A DNA stretch of 64,000 nt from Chrysemys picta bellii. Its lineage: Eukaryota. The position numbers and the translations under genes were made by a program. Shown piece after piece: positions 37,519 through 49,785 of the stretch (the stretch's first letter is position 1; the number at the start of each line of letters is the position of its first letter). The stretch lies in contig NC_088802.1 of NCBI RefSeq assembly GCF_011386835.1, positions 20,212,001 to 20,276,000 of the forward strand, given 5' to 3'. The notes beneath the pieces were generated by a model that made no database searches, had not been told where the DNA came from, and was given only the letters and a program-made list of their open reading frames with translations.

Positions 37519-38030
37519 CTGCCTTTTAGAAGTGGATCATAAATATAGTAGTACTTGTGGCACCTTAGGGCTGTAGTCCAAGAAAGCTTATGCTGTAATA
37601 AATTTGTTAGTCTCTAAGGTGCCACAAGTACTCCTGTTCTTTTTGCGGGTCCAGACTAACACGGCTGCTACTCTGAAACCTGTCATAAATATAGTGAGAT
37701 CATTCTGACCTGTGATGTTCTCTGTTTTTAGTCTACCTACCTACTTATTGATTTGGCTATCTAGTCTGTCTATCTGCATCAGGAATAAAACATCTCAAGA
37801 CATCCAATATGTCTATGGATGTGACTCTTGGACCCTTTACCCGGAGCAGTGAAACTACTCATGGTGTTTAGGGTTATCTGTGGAAGTGGACCAAAAAGGT
37901 TTTCCTGAACTGCCTCCAAGACTAAAAGCTGATTTCTTGAGAATGGTTTAAATGCTGTTTTGTTCCCCTTGGGACAAGATCCCTGAAGTTCATTCTCTGT
38001 AACAAGCTACCAGTAGCACTGGGCTGGGTC
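37519..38030 (-). promoter_or_regulatory. Predicted OR-C promoter and 5' non-coding exon (contains a Penelope-terminus insertion)
   Basis: Donor at 37519/37518, acceptor CACAG at 32675, O/E-like TTCTTGAGAA and CCCCTTGGGA at ~37934-37974. Confidence 0.58.
37550..37682 (+). mobile_element. Short Penelope-terminus insertion with 5' inversion
   Basis: 13-bp TSD TCATAAATATAGT (37537-37549, 37683-37695). Same terminus as 17340-17450. First 18 nt are the reverse complement of an internal segment. Confidence 0.88.
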
Positions 38031-38319
38031 AGCACTCAAGCAATGCTCTGTAGTGCCTGAAAATGAGAGCAATGAGACTTGGATTATCACAGGATTTAGG
38101 TACACAATCTCAGGAACAGTCACTAAAAAAAAAAAAAGTGTATTTAGGCTCCTATTTTCAAAACAGCCAAAAGGAGCTAGACATCCTAATATCAAATCAT
38201 TTCATCTCCCCTACACTTCTTTGAAGCGCCTAGCCATAATATATAATTACCACAATATGACAACACGGAGATAGCCTTAAACTTCACTAATGGGAAAAAG
38301 GAGTAAATAGACCACATAT

Positions 38320-39845
38320 GATTTTGATACTGTCTCACGTGACTCTCATAAACAAACTAGTGAAATACAACCTAGATGGAGCTACTATAAGGTGGGTGCA
38401 TAACTGGTTGGAAAATCATTCCTCGAGTAGTGTCGGAGAATAACAGAGTTCTCACTTTTTGTTTGGGTACAGCAAGTCAGATACTTTATTTTAATCAAGC
38501 AATTGCATAGAGAGAGATAGCTAAACAGGTCTCTCAACAGGTAAACAATTGCAGCAAGCATTTATACCTTTTGTTACAGACAATAATGAGCAACAGCTGC
38601 ATTTTGTTTATACGTAGGTCATTCTGATATCTTGTTTTTTCTCACTAATGTAGACTCTTAGTCTACATTCCATATTATCTACACATTATCTACACAAGGT
38701 CGCAACAACTTCTCACAAAGTTCTTTCCCACTCACCTCACACATTCCTCGCTTCTACAAATCTCACGTTATTAGGGTTACAGTTAGCCTGACTCTTGCTA
38801 ACAAACTGTCATGCATTGCAATCCCCTTCCTGTCAGTTCTTTCTCTGCTTCCACAGTAGTTATCAGTGGTTCACAGTAATGCTGGAAGGGCATAATGAGT
38901 GGGGTCCCGCAGGGATTGTTCTGGGTGTGGTTCTGTTCAATATCTTCATCAATGATATAGATAATCACATAGAGAGTACACTTATAAAGTTTGTGGATTG
39001 TACCAAGCTGGGAGGGGTTGCAAATGCTTTGGGGGATAGGATTATAATTCAAAATGATCTGGACAAACTGGAGAAATAGTCTGAAGTAAATAGGATGAAA
39101 TTCAATAAGGACGAATGCAAAATACTCCACTTAGGATGGAACAATCAATTGCACACATCCAAAATGGGAAATGACTGCCTAGGAAGGAGTACTGTGGAAA
39201 GAGATCTGGGAGTCATAGTGGATCACAAGCTAAATATGAGTCAGTGCAACACTGTTGCAAAAACAGCAAACACCATTCTAGGATGTATTAGTAGGAGTGT
39301 TTTAAACAAGACACGAGAAGTAATTCTTCCGCTCTACTCCACGCTGATTAGGCCTCAACTGGAGCATTGTGTCCAATACAGGGCACCATATTTCAGGAAA
39401 GATATGGACAAATTGGAGAAAGTACAGAGTAGAGCAACAAAAATGATTAAAGATCTAGAAAAGATGACCTATGAGGGAAGATTTGAAAAAAATAGGGTTT
39501 GTTTAGGATAGAGAAGAGAGGACTGAGAGGGGACATGTTAACAGTTTTCAAGTACATAAAAGGTTGTTACAAGGAGGAGGGAGAAAAATTGCTCTCCTTA
39601 ACATTTGAGGAAAGGATTAGACACAATGGGCTTAAATTGCAGCAAGGGCGGTTTAGGTTGGACATTAGGAAAAACTTCCTAACTGTCAGAGTCGTTAAGC
39701 ACTGGAATATAATTGCCTAGGGATGTTGTAGAATCTCTATCTTTGGAGATTTTTAAGTGCAGGTTAGACAAACACCTGTCAAGGATGGTCTAGGTAATAC
39801 TTAGCTCTGCCATGAGTGCAGGAGACTAGCCTAGGTGACCTCTCC
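38320..39845 (+). mobile_element. CR1 LINE 3' part (RT to tail)
   Basis: ORFs 38795-39079, 39095-39511 and 39499-39720 carry CR1 RT/C-terminal motifs ([21 protein letters not shown]-like, RLDIRKNFLTVRVVKHWN). Confidence 0.92.
38431..38855 (-). mobile_element. Solo LTR inserted in CR1
   Basis: TG...CA ends and 4-bp TSD GTAG (38427-38430, 38856-38859). Minus-strand AATAAA and TATAAA motifs. CR1 sequence is continuous across it. Confidence 0.85.
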
Positions 39846-39854
39846 AGTTCATAT

Positions 39855-40115
39855 AATATCAGGGTTGGAAGGGACCTCAGAAAGTCATCTAGTTTAATCC
39901 CTTGCTCAAAGGAGGGCCAATCCCCAGACAGGATTTTGCCCCAAATCCATCCCCTCAAGGATTGAATTCACAACCTGGATTTAGCACACCAATGAGCTAT
40001 CCCTCCTTCCTAAGAAGTCACTGATGCAGTGCAGAATTGAACCCAGCTCATCTGTGTCTCAGTCCACTGCCCTAACCGCTGCCCTACAATCAGTAGCCCC
40101 AAGTCTATGATTCTA
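39855..40115 (-). mobile_element. CR1 3'-tail fragment(s)
   Basis: AGGGTTGGAAGGGACCTCAG..GTCATCTAGT is a reversed CR1 tail. Confidence 0.6.
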
Positions 40116-40420
40116 TGATGGCAATAAATAAATGTTGAGACAAAGGAGGAGCTAAATTGTAAGTTTATTCACCAAAAAGGAACTTTTGGTCAACTCAAAA
40201 TTATTCATGATTTTAACACAAATTTTACTGAATGATTTCAGCCAAAAAAATAGAGATTGTGCTAAATTCACAAAACAGCAGGAGGAAGGGGAGTACTTCT
40301 GCTGCTGCTATTCTTGTAACTTCAGTCCGTTGGTTAGATCACTCTTCTTGAATGTGGGGGAACATGGTTTGCTTCCCTTCTCTACCTGGGGGTGGTGGCA
40401 GAGATTTGAAGCAAAATCTG

Positions 40421-40592
40421 GGGGGAGGGCTAGCTCAGTGGTTTGAGCATTGGTCTGCTAAACCCACAGTTGTGAGTTCAATCCTTGAGGAGGCAACTTA
40501 GAGATTTGAGGCAAAATCAGTACTTGGTCCTGCCTAGTGAAGGCAGTGGGCTGGACTCAATGACCTTTTAGGGTCCCTTCCAGTTCTATGAG
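40421..40592 (+). mobile_element. Tortoise Pol III / Cry SINE
   Basis: tRNA-like head (A box TAGCTCAGTGG, B box GAGTTCAATCC) joined to a CR1-type tail GGTCCCTTCCAGTTCTATGA. Confidence 0.88.
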
Positions 40593-43160
40593 AGAGGTAG
40601 GTATATCTCTCATCTCTGAGGAAAATGCCTTAATATCTGGAGTATAAGGTATTCTGGAGTATCAAAGCTGTTCCACAATGTGTAAATAACTAAAGAAAAT
40701 ACTCCATGGGCCAATGAGTTAAACCTAACACTGAGGAACAGTGTAATTTTAGCCCCATGACTAGCCAAGTATTTTATATAAGTGGAATAGCTTCAATAGG
40801 AAAGCTTGAGAAAACTCCACCCCTGTGTACCTATATGCTGGAGGTGAGGCCTTCAGCTGGGAGGTCAAAGTTTCAGTCCCTGGTCTACAGGAGGTAGAAT
40901 GGGGAATTGAACCCAGGTCTTCCAGAACACCAGTAATTAACACTGGGCTAATGGTTGGACCAAGGGTCATCACCTCCTCTTTTGGACAACTTGGTCAACC
41001 AAGTCCATTGACTTGTGCTCTAAATCGTTTAGGCAATTCTAGAAATGTCACTGGCAGTTTCCATTTCATGAAGAAAAATGCTGTAGTTTGTTATAAAGGA
41101 GAAACACCTATGGTGATCTCTCAGGCAACTTGACTTCATTCTTCCTTGTTTTGTTGCGCACCTTAAGATCTGCCTGAGAAGAGTGCAATTATGATTTCTG
41201 TATGTAAAGCAATGGAGGCTGGGATTTTCAAAGGAGCCTAAGGGAATTAAGCACCCAACATGCATTGAAATGCAATTTTCACTCAGCCAGTGCGAGTTTT
41301 ACAGGGAGTAAGGTCTGAGTAAAAGTTGAGAACAAACCTAAGGATTTAAATATTAGAAAAGGACATTGGATAGGAATCTTGCTCATGAAGGCTTGTCCAT
41401 CAAGGAAGAAATCAATATCTATTGTCTAGCACAGCTGATCTCAAACAGTGATTCATTGTCTCCAAAGGTCTGTGGGCCATATTTTAAAAGGTCTTTAAGT
41501 GACTGAAGACACAGATAAGTACCTAGGAGTACCTTGCTCCCATTGACTTCAAAAGGAGTTATGTACCTGGATGCTTTCGAAAATCCCAGTAGGCATCTGT
41601 CTTTGGAAATCTGGCCATATGATACTGTTCTTTCTGGCCTGGAGAGAGGAATATTTTGAAAACCAAGAACTGGGGAGACTGAAGTATTGGAAGAAGCAAT
41701 GCAGAAATTAAACAAGTTGGAAGACCACTGGCTCAGAGGGAGGAAGTCATGATTATTTTTGAGAAAACTGTACAGGGAGCAAAGCAAAGAACTTAAGGAG
41801 AATATTTAAAGTCTGAGTCTAAGGGAGACGAGTTGGATGTGATCTTACATTTTCAATGGAGATTAAGGGAGTTATGCTTCAAAATCCCATTGATTATCAA
41901 CTAACTTCCTCGGGCTCCTTGAAAAATCTCAGCCTGCGTATATATAGGTAGATGGTAAGATATCAACAGGGTGAGTGGATCGGTAGGCTGGCCTAGCAGG
42001 AGGGTATAAAATGGTGTAAGTTAAAGTAGACTGCTACCTATTTTTTTGTTCACCTTTTATGGCTCGTAGAATCTATGCTATATCCCAACTTTTAAACAGT
42101 CCCTTGGAGAAACCCCTTCAGTGTGCCAGACCCCCAGAGGGTCCCACATTTCTTTAAGTCCTTGTGGCCTTTAACACCTTGAGCTCTGCACAGTGAGTCC
42201 TGGTGTTGGTATCGAGAAGCACAGCCTGCAGTCCATCCTGTTCCAGCCAGAGCGCCACCAAGCCAAGCTGCCGTGGAATCTATTTTTGTCTCTCTCCCTC
42301 TGTGAGTCCTAGGTGAGGGCTGCTGAGCTGCCCTTAACGCAGCCACCTGACACCTCTTGGCCCATCCTCCTCCTCCTCCTCCTGCAGGTGCATGCTGAGG
42401 TCACATATTCCACTTGCCGGAGTTGCCAATGGGCAGGTGTCAGTTGTTCAATCCCTGGGGCTCCCATTGTCTTTCTGGATCCTCCATTGAAATGGGTCAG
42501 TTCCAGATGGTCCTTAATGACCCATTCCTTCCCCCATAGGCAATGTGACACATACATACACACACACCATGTGTCGTGCTCAGCCCCAAGACCATTTTAA
42601 CCCTACTGCATCCAGTGGGTAGCAATCCCTAGTCACATAAGTCACTGCCTTGCATGTCATTCATTACATTATTACAGAACATTACCACTTCATCACACAA
42701 ACTCTGACTGGACCCTATAGAATACACCCAAATCACTCTACACAACTTGTGCAATGTAGCCTGATCTATAGGTTATGTATTAATTATATTGATCACTTGA
42801 GAATTCCTAGTTCTCTCTTTGAGGGTTGATAGGTTCTTGTCCCCAAACTAGTATTATTAAAATTACTATATGGTTGGGTTGTGCACAGTTGCAACAGTCA
42901 CACTATAGGAACTCTGCTAAATGTAATAATGAACTATTTGTAAATATAGAAAAGTCACAAACACTCTAATTTAGTAAGGTAGATAGAGAGACTACAGAAT
43001 GTACATCTGCACATCCATATACTCACACCATCCCTTGCAGAACAACTTGAAATATTAGCCATTATCTTCCATCTCCTCAGCAGTGGCCATCATAGTGGCC
43101 CCTCCCAAGGGATAGATCTCTCTCCACAGACTGGGATACAACTTCTATAATATGTTATGC

Positions 43161-43390
43161 CAGAGGTTCTGAAACTGGAGGTCGTGACCCCCCCATTCCC
43201 CAGGGTGTCATGTGGTTATTACATATGTCACAAGCTGACACCCTCCACCCTCAAATGCCACTCCACCTCCAGGATTTATATTCATATTAAATATGTTTTT
43301 AAAATGTGTTTTTAATTTATAAGGGGGGGGTCACACTCAGAGGCTTGCTGTGTGAAAGGGGTCACCAATACAGAAGTTTAAGAACCACTG
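43161..43390. mobile_element. hAT MITE (Charlie/MER20-like)
   Basis: CAGAGGTTCT...AGAACCACTG TIRs. Flanking 8-mers TGTTATGC / TGTTACAC match 6/8. Confidence 0.75.
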
Positions 43391-44989
43391 TGTTACACTG
43401 ACACCCCTATAACTAATGCATATTCAGTAGGGTTCCCCATCCCCCTTCCCCTTATTTGTATTTCCTCATCCTACTAATATTGATGCATCTTTCCTCTATA
43501 GGTTAGTATATTAATACACGTAACTACCATTTCAGCTCATGATCAAACCCATCACCCCTTGCTTAAGCGGATTTGCAGTGATTACTTCCATGTTCCTTGT
43601 GGCAACACTTACTGGAACATTCTAGCTCCTGCCATTGAGCAAGCTCTTCTCAGTTCCCAAAATCTAAAGGTAACGGCTGATCTGTGCCAAGAGTTACATC
43701 CTACTTAACTACACATGTGCTAGCTAATGCTTCAGCTAATATCTTATAGGATACAGGCCTGTAGGTTTCTTGCATTACAGCTGAATATCATGAAAGTACT
43801 AAATATAAGCAAGGCACTGAATATAGTAAAGGTAAGCTAGCCCTATGAGCAACACTGGTACCCTGGGATATTTGGAAGACTATCAATATCAGGACCTAAA
43901 AGAAGGCAGACAGGGCCAAGGGGCAAAGCAGGGGCAAACCTGAGTCTAGGAGTAGCCAAGGAGCTCATAGTCAGTCCCAGGCCAGGGTCAATACCAAGTG
44001 TCAGAGTCTAAGTCAGGTTTCAGGGTCCAAGTCTGGAGGTAAAATCCAAAACAAGGCAAAGTCCAAAACAGTCAAGCCAGGAGTTTAAGAACATAGAGCC
44101 TGAACAGTCATAGCAACTACAGAAGACCCATACTGTTGCCTGGACACTTCCCAGAGCACCCCTTGGGTTTATATATGGCAGGGAGCCAATCCAGAGCCAT
44201 GGGGCTGCTGCCTATCAAACCCTTGGGGTGGAACTTCCCATGGTCTGTCTCCACAGCAGTCATGGGAAGTGGAGCGCAGGCTGGTTACAGCTGATGCTGA
44301 GTAGCATTTTGGAGTGGTTAAGTGCCTAATACCTCTGTTGACCTGGGTTCTGGATCCATGGGGTCTTAACCTTCAAATAAATAGAAATAAGAATCTTGGT
44401 CTAGTTCATGGTTTTAAAGTCACTGGGAGAATTAATAGGATTTGGGTACCTCCCTTACAATCCTTTAAAATCCCAAACTTGGTCTCTCTAACAACCAGGG
44501 TAAATCTTCATTGCTCACATAGGCTGAACTGAGTGTTTTCAGTGCAAATTGGTTTTGTGTTTTCAGAAAACCTAAAAAGCCAACAAAAACCCCACACATG
44601 TATACAATAAAAGTCTATGGATGTGACCTATTACTCTGCAATGGCCCCATTTGGGACCTCAGGACTGCAAAACCTAGCTAGGCTGTTTGTGCCAGAGTGG
44701 GAATAAGAGGCTAAGCTGGGGATGGTGGTCAGAGTGGGGGTGTGGCTGTGTGGCCATTTTACACTTGATTCTAACCAACAGGGAGAAAGTGGTTGCAAAT
44801 CTGAACTTGGAAGGCAATTTTGGGAGAAAGTGCTTGTGAAATGACAGATTTCATGACTGTAAGGAAAAGGAGTTCTGCAATTTCATATCTGAGTTTCTTC
44901 AGGACTCTTGGATGAATGCCATCTGGTCCTCATGACTAATTACTGTTTAATTTACCAATTTGTTCCAAAACCTCCTCTATCAACAGCTC

Positions 44990-45690
44990 AATATGGGACA
45001 GTTCATCTAATTTATCACCTAAGGTGAAGGGATCTCCCTCCCATCCTCTGCAGTGAAGATTAATGCAAAGAATTCATTTAGCTTCTCCACAACAGCAATG
45101 TCTTTCTTGAATGCTCCTTTAGCATCTTGATCATCCAATGGCCCCACTGATTGTTTGGCTTCCTGCTTCTGATGTACTTGAAAAAAAAAAGTGTGGTTAG
45201 TTTTTGTGTCCTTAGCTAATTGTCAATCAGTTATTCCCTGACTATGTGAGTAAGAACAACGTAGGCAAACATCTGAGAGAGAGAAAACTTAGTACCACCT
45301 CAGAGCCCTGGCCCATCCCATCCAAGATCGTATCTTCAACTGTGGCCACTCCTGATGCTTCAGAGGAAGGAAACAAAAAAAAAAAACATTGGTGGGTGGA
45401 GGCAGGATTCCTTCATGAACCGTGGTGTCCGGCTGAAACCCTGAAGCATGACCTTTAGGAACATAAGACATAAACCATAACTGACTTCCAGGGCTGCTGA
45501 GCCCTGCCCCACACCATCACACCACCATAAATTTATCCAACACTTTCTTAAAACTATTAAGTTATGCATCCCTACAGCTCCTATGAGAAGGTTGTTCCAG
45601 AACCTCACCCTTCTGAGGGTGAGAAACCTTTCTCTAATTTCCAGCCTGAATTTGTTCATGGCCAGTTATATCCATTTGATTTTGTGAAAA
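44990..45690 (-). mobile_element. Fragmented CR1 pieces
   Basis: ORF 45360-45659 (NKFRLEIRERFLTLRRVRFWNNL) and an upstream ORF2-like piece at ~44990-45180. Confidence 0.65.
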
Positions 45691-46171
45691 AAGACAGAAT
45701 TAGGAAGAGGAGCTCTGGCATAACTTTTATCCCAGTGGTTATGGTACTCATCTCAAATGTGGGAAACCCCAACTACAGGTGTCTGAGGAGGAGAAATGAT
45801 TGAAACAGAGATCTGTCCCCTCCCAGAAGCATGCCTTGGCCACTGTGTTATGGGATCTCTCTCAATTTCTCCTGTTCAGGACCATTTGTGAGTCTAACTC
45901 CAGCACCCATTGGTTGCAATGGAGCTTTGCTGATTTACACATGCTGGGGATCTGGCCAATTGACTTCAATGGATCCGCACTGACTTAGACCAGTGGAGGA
46001 TTTGGCTCAAAGTGTCAGTCAGTTATCTGAGCTGAGAATGTCCCAAACACTAGTTACCCACCAATCTATGCTTTCTGAATTTAAAAAAAAAAGAGAGAAT
46101 CAACACTAATTGAGAAACCTGAATTTCCCCAATATATTCCTTAGAGCTGTTTTCACCTCCTTGTTTTTCAG

Positions 46172-48100
46172 TGTGACGGTGTTGGGACTCACCACCTGGC
46201 GCCTCCTACTGGTTGTCTCAGGAATTAGCACTGTCCACTGGAGCACCCCTCCTGGTGGTGTCCCGTCCGTCGTCTCACCCTTGGTTGGTGTCTGAGCCCA
46301 CGTCACTGTCCAGCTTGTGGAGCCCTCTTCTGGACCACTGCCCTCTGGCAGTGCCCCTTAGTCCAGCCACACCCCCTTCCGGGGCGGGGGGTTGATCAGC
46401 AGTCCTCTGTGCCCCAGCCACCATGTACAACCACACCCCAAAGTCTCATCCCTCTTGCTCCTGTCCTGACCAGCCTTTTTATAGGGCTGAGCCTGGCCCT
46501 GATTGGCTCCCTCCAATCTGGGCCCTGATTGGCTCCCTATACGGCCTCTTCTGATTGGCTACCCATCTGCGCAGGCCCACTGGCCTGCTGCAGCCTAAAT
46601 TCTCCAGGAGTGGGGCAGCCGCCCCACTACACACCCTCACCCTTAAGAGCCCTCTCAGGGGGGAATTCCCTATCGTCCCTGTGCTCCTTGCAACTGGGCC
46701 CTCAGGGAATCCACTAACTGGAGCAACCTGCCTCCTTCCTCTATTGTCTGGGTCCCCACCATAGACCTCCCTGGTCCTACGTAGGTTCCCACTTCAGTTT
46801 GGGTTCCCACATCGGCCCTATGTGGGTTCCCTGGTTAAGGTGGGGCCTCTCTGCCCCAGCCCCCTTCTCTCTGGGGGCCTCAGCCTGCACTACCCCTTCC
46901 TGGCGGCTAGTCGAAGACCGAGCCTTGAGTTCTGACACTCCCCCTCTCTGTCTCAGGGGGCAATGCCTCTTTGTGTGGCCCTTGGTGTGGCAGTGGAATC
47001 ACCCTTGGTGCCGGCACCCTTGGTGCCTTCCCCCTGCCACGGCCCTATCACAGCCTGTTTGGGCCCTAGCCCTTCCCTCTGGGCTGGCCTGGGCCTTGGG
47101 AGCCCTGTAGGACACTCTTTCTCTAGATGCCCCTGATCCCCACAGACCCAACAAGCTGGGGGGCCCCCTGTCACTCTCACAGGGGGCACCTTTTCTGGAT
47201 GGGGCCTCTCTGCCCTCTCCCAGTAGTGACACTCCCTCCTGCAGTGGCCCTTTCGCCCACAGGCAAAACATTTCTTGAGCCTAGGCCCTGGCCTCTCGCC
47301 CTTGGCACCTGGTCTCCTATAAAGTCTGGGTGCCCACCCCCACAGCAGCCAGAGCACCTCCCTCTGCTGCTTGGTGAGCCGAGCCACCCAGGTCCTCCAT
47401 TACAAGTTTTTCTTCTTTATCATCTCGCCTCAGTCTCTTAGTTTCTCAGTGTGGCACAATCTGCCTAGTCCTCACTCTGCCCCTTGTGTCAGGGGTGGAC
47501 CGCTCGTGTCCACATTCTCCACCACGTGTAACGGTGTTGGGACTCACCACCTGGTGCCTCCTACTGGTTGTCTTGGGAATTAGTTCTGTCCAGTGGAGCG
47601 CCCCCTCCTGGTGGTTTCCCGTCCGTCGCCTCACCCTTGGTTGGTGTCTGAGCCCACATCACTGTCCAGCTTGTGGAGCCCTCTTCTGGACCACTGCCCT
47701 CTGGCAGTGCCCCTTAGTCCAGCCACACCCCCTTCCAGGGCAGGGGGTTGATCAGCAGTCCTCTGCGCCCCAGCCACCACGTACAACCACACCCCAAAGT
47801 CTCATCCCTCTTGTCAGGGATCCGGCGTAGTTCTTGATGGCCAATCCCTACGGCCGATGCCAGGTGCTAATCTCCCACTCTGGAGATAGACCTTCTCCTG
47901 TCGAAGGCCTGGGACAGACTCCCCGCTCCTGTCCTGAGCAGCCTTTTTATAGGGCTGAGCCTGGCCCTGATTGGCTCCCTCCAATCTGGGCCCTGATTGG
48001 CTCCCTATAAGGCCTCTTATGATTGGCTACCCATCTGTGCAGGCCCACTGGCCTGCTGCAGTCTAAATTCTCCAGGAGTGGGGCAGCCGCCCCACGACAT
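46172..48100 (-). mobile_element. Non-autonomous two-LTR retroelement (~1.9 kb) with gag remnant
   Basis: TG...CA ends, 5-bp TSD TTCAG (46167-46171, 48101-48105). LTRs at 46172-46631 and 47527-48100. Minus-strand TATA and three CCAAT boxes. PBS at ~47507-47524, purine-rich tract at ~46632-46645. Confidence 0.93.
46953..47387 (-). pseudogene. gag nucleocapsid remnant with two CCHC zinc knuckles
   Basis: CFACGRKGHCRREC and CWVCGDQGHLEKEC. An upstream ATG GAG GAC CTG is offset by one base. Confidence 0.85.
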
Positions 48101-48616
48101 TCAGGCTGTAGACAATGGGGTTTAACATGGGGGTCAAGATGCTGTACTGAATGGAAAACATTTCATCCAGAACCAGAGAGGAGACTGAGCTGAGTTTTGT
48201 GTACTGTAGAAAACCTATCATGTACAAAAAGCCAACAACAATAAGGTGGGAGCTGCACGTGGAGAAGGCTTTATGCCTGCCCTCTGCAAAGTGTATCCTC
48301 AGGATGGTGGAGATGATGTGAATGTAGGAGATTAGGGTGAGGAGGAAGGAGCTCAACTGAAAGACCAGAGCAGAAGTAAGAAGCACGACTTGATTGGTGA
48401 GGGTCTCAGTGCAGGACAGTTGTAACAGAGGAGGGAGCTCACAGCTGAAATGGCTGATTTGATTGGGCCCACAGAAATGCAACTTGAGAGCAAAAACAGT
48501 GCTAAGAAGGGCATAGAAGAAATCCAGGGTCCATGCACCACTCACCAACTGAACATGGCTGAGAGAATGAAAATTTCAGCACCAACCGAGAGGATAAAAA
48601 CGAACATCAGAAATAG

Positions 48617-48762
48617 TATCAGGGGGTAGCCGTGTTAGTCTGTATCTACAAAAACAACAAGGAGTCTGGTGGCACCTTAAAGACTAACAGATTTCTTTGG
48701 GCATAAGCTTTCTTGAGTTAAAACCTCACTTCTTCGGATGCATAGAGTGAAAGTTGACAGAA
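48617..48762 (-). mobile_element. Short Penelope-terminus insertion in OR-D coding sequence, with hammerhead motif (48701-48741)
   Basis: Same family as 57258-57390. AGAAATAG repeated on both sides (48609-48616, 48768-48775), with local OR sequence loss. Confidence 0.85.
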
Positions 48763-49507
48763 TTGACAGAAATAGTTTTGTGCTCTGCTAGGAAGTTCAT
48801 CAGCATATTAGGCACCGTGACTGAGGAACAGCAGATATCAACAAAGGATAAATGGAAGAGGAAGAAGTACATAGGAGTGTGAAGGTGAGGATCAGCTCTT
48901 ATCACCACCATGATCACTATGTTACCATCCAGAGTGATTAGGTAAATAACTAAAAGCGCCAGGAAGAGGAAAATCTGCATCTGTGTGTCACTGGAAAGTC
49001 CCAAGAGGATAAATTCGGTCACTGTGGTTTGATTTTTCATTGTCATTTAATCAGGAAATCTATGACCTGGAGACCAGAAAACAAATGAAATTAACACTTG
49101 TCATAAAAATAAATTGAAACAGTATGTGCAGATCATCTGTTCCATAGGATGAATGTAAAGAGTGTCCTATTCCATTCTGTAAAATGTGTGTTTTAAGTAG
49201 ACTAAATTTAGAGAGAGAGAGGGAGAGCGACGCAAAATGTTATTTGTGTGTTTTAAATAGACAAATTAGGCTGGATACACAAAAGGACTTGGGCACCTAA
49301 CTGCCACTTTAGATGCCTAAATCCCAGAATCAGATCATATTGGTATTCACAAATACCCTGTTCACCTCTGACTAAGGGATAGTCTGATCCGAGGCTCCCT
49401 CAGTCTCTCTGTTTCTAAATCATAAAATAGGCAGTGCAGGGTTACTGGATACTTGGTCTTCTGCATCTGGGGTGAGTGTTCAGCAACTAGGCTATAGAGA
49501 AATTTAT

Positions 49508-49539
<32 letters not shown>

Positions 49540-49785
49540 CTGGCCTTACGACATCAATAGATCTACAGCTGCATTACACCAGAATGGAATCTGGCAGATT
49601 GGCTGCAATGAAACTATGGCCAATTTACACTAGCTGGACATCTGTACAAATCTATAAAAATAATCTCCTTCTCTAGTACAGTCTGTCAGTTGTTCTAGAC
49701 TATTTGTTGAAAACACAAATTAATATCTGTAGTATATAATTGGATTCTTACCTATTGAAATCATTAGGATTTTTCAAGAAGAAGA

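Larger units (their letters stand above)
46106..49046 (-). pseudogene. Olfactory receptor pseudogene (OR-D), split into three pieces
   Basis: N-terminus in ORF 48726-49046, TM4-TM7 in ORF 48063-48548, C-terminus LKNKEVKTALRNILGKFRFLN* at 46106-46171. Interrupted by an LTR element (46172-48100), a Penelope-terminus insertion (48617-~48762) and a ~70-bp deletion removing AYDRY..GIC near 48555. Confidence 0.93.

Noticed and set aside
40421-40500. Possible tRNA gene
   Set aside because: A and B boxes are present but there is no complete cloverleaf, and it runs into a CR1-type tail, so it is a SINE head.
41030-44900. Possible cluster enhancer (H-element or Greek-island type) in the only non-duplicated stretch
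   Set aside because: No clustered homeodomain plus O/E composite motifs were found by eye, and much of it looks like old repeat fragments. Cross-species conservation or ATAC data would be needed.
46106-46306. ORF fusing LTR sequence to the OR C-terminus
   Set aside because: It is a by-product of the insertion and encodes only the last ~21 OR residues.
48063-48548. 161-aa OR-like ORF as a separate gene
   Set aside because: It covers only TM4-TM7 of the pseudogene and reads into the LTR.
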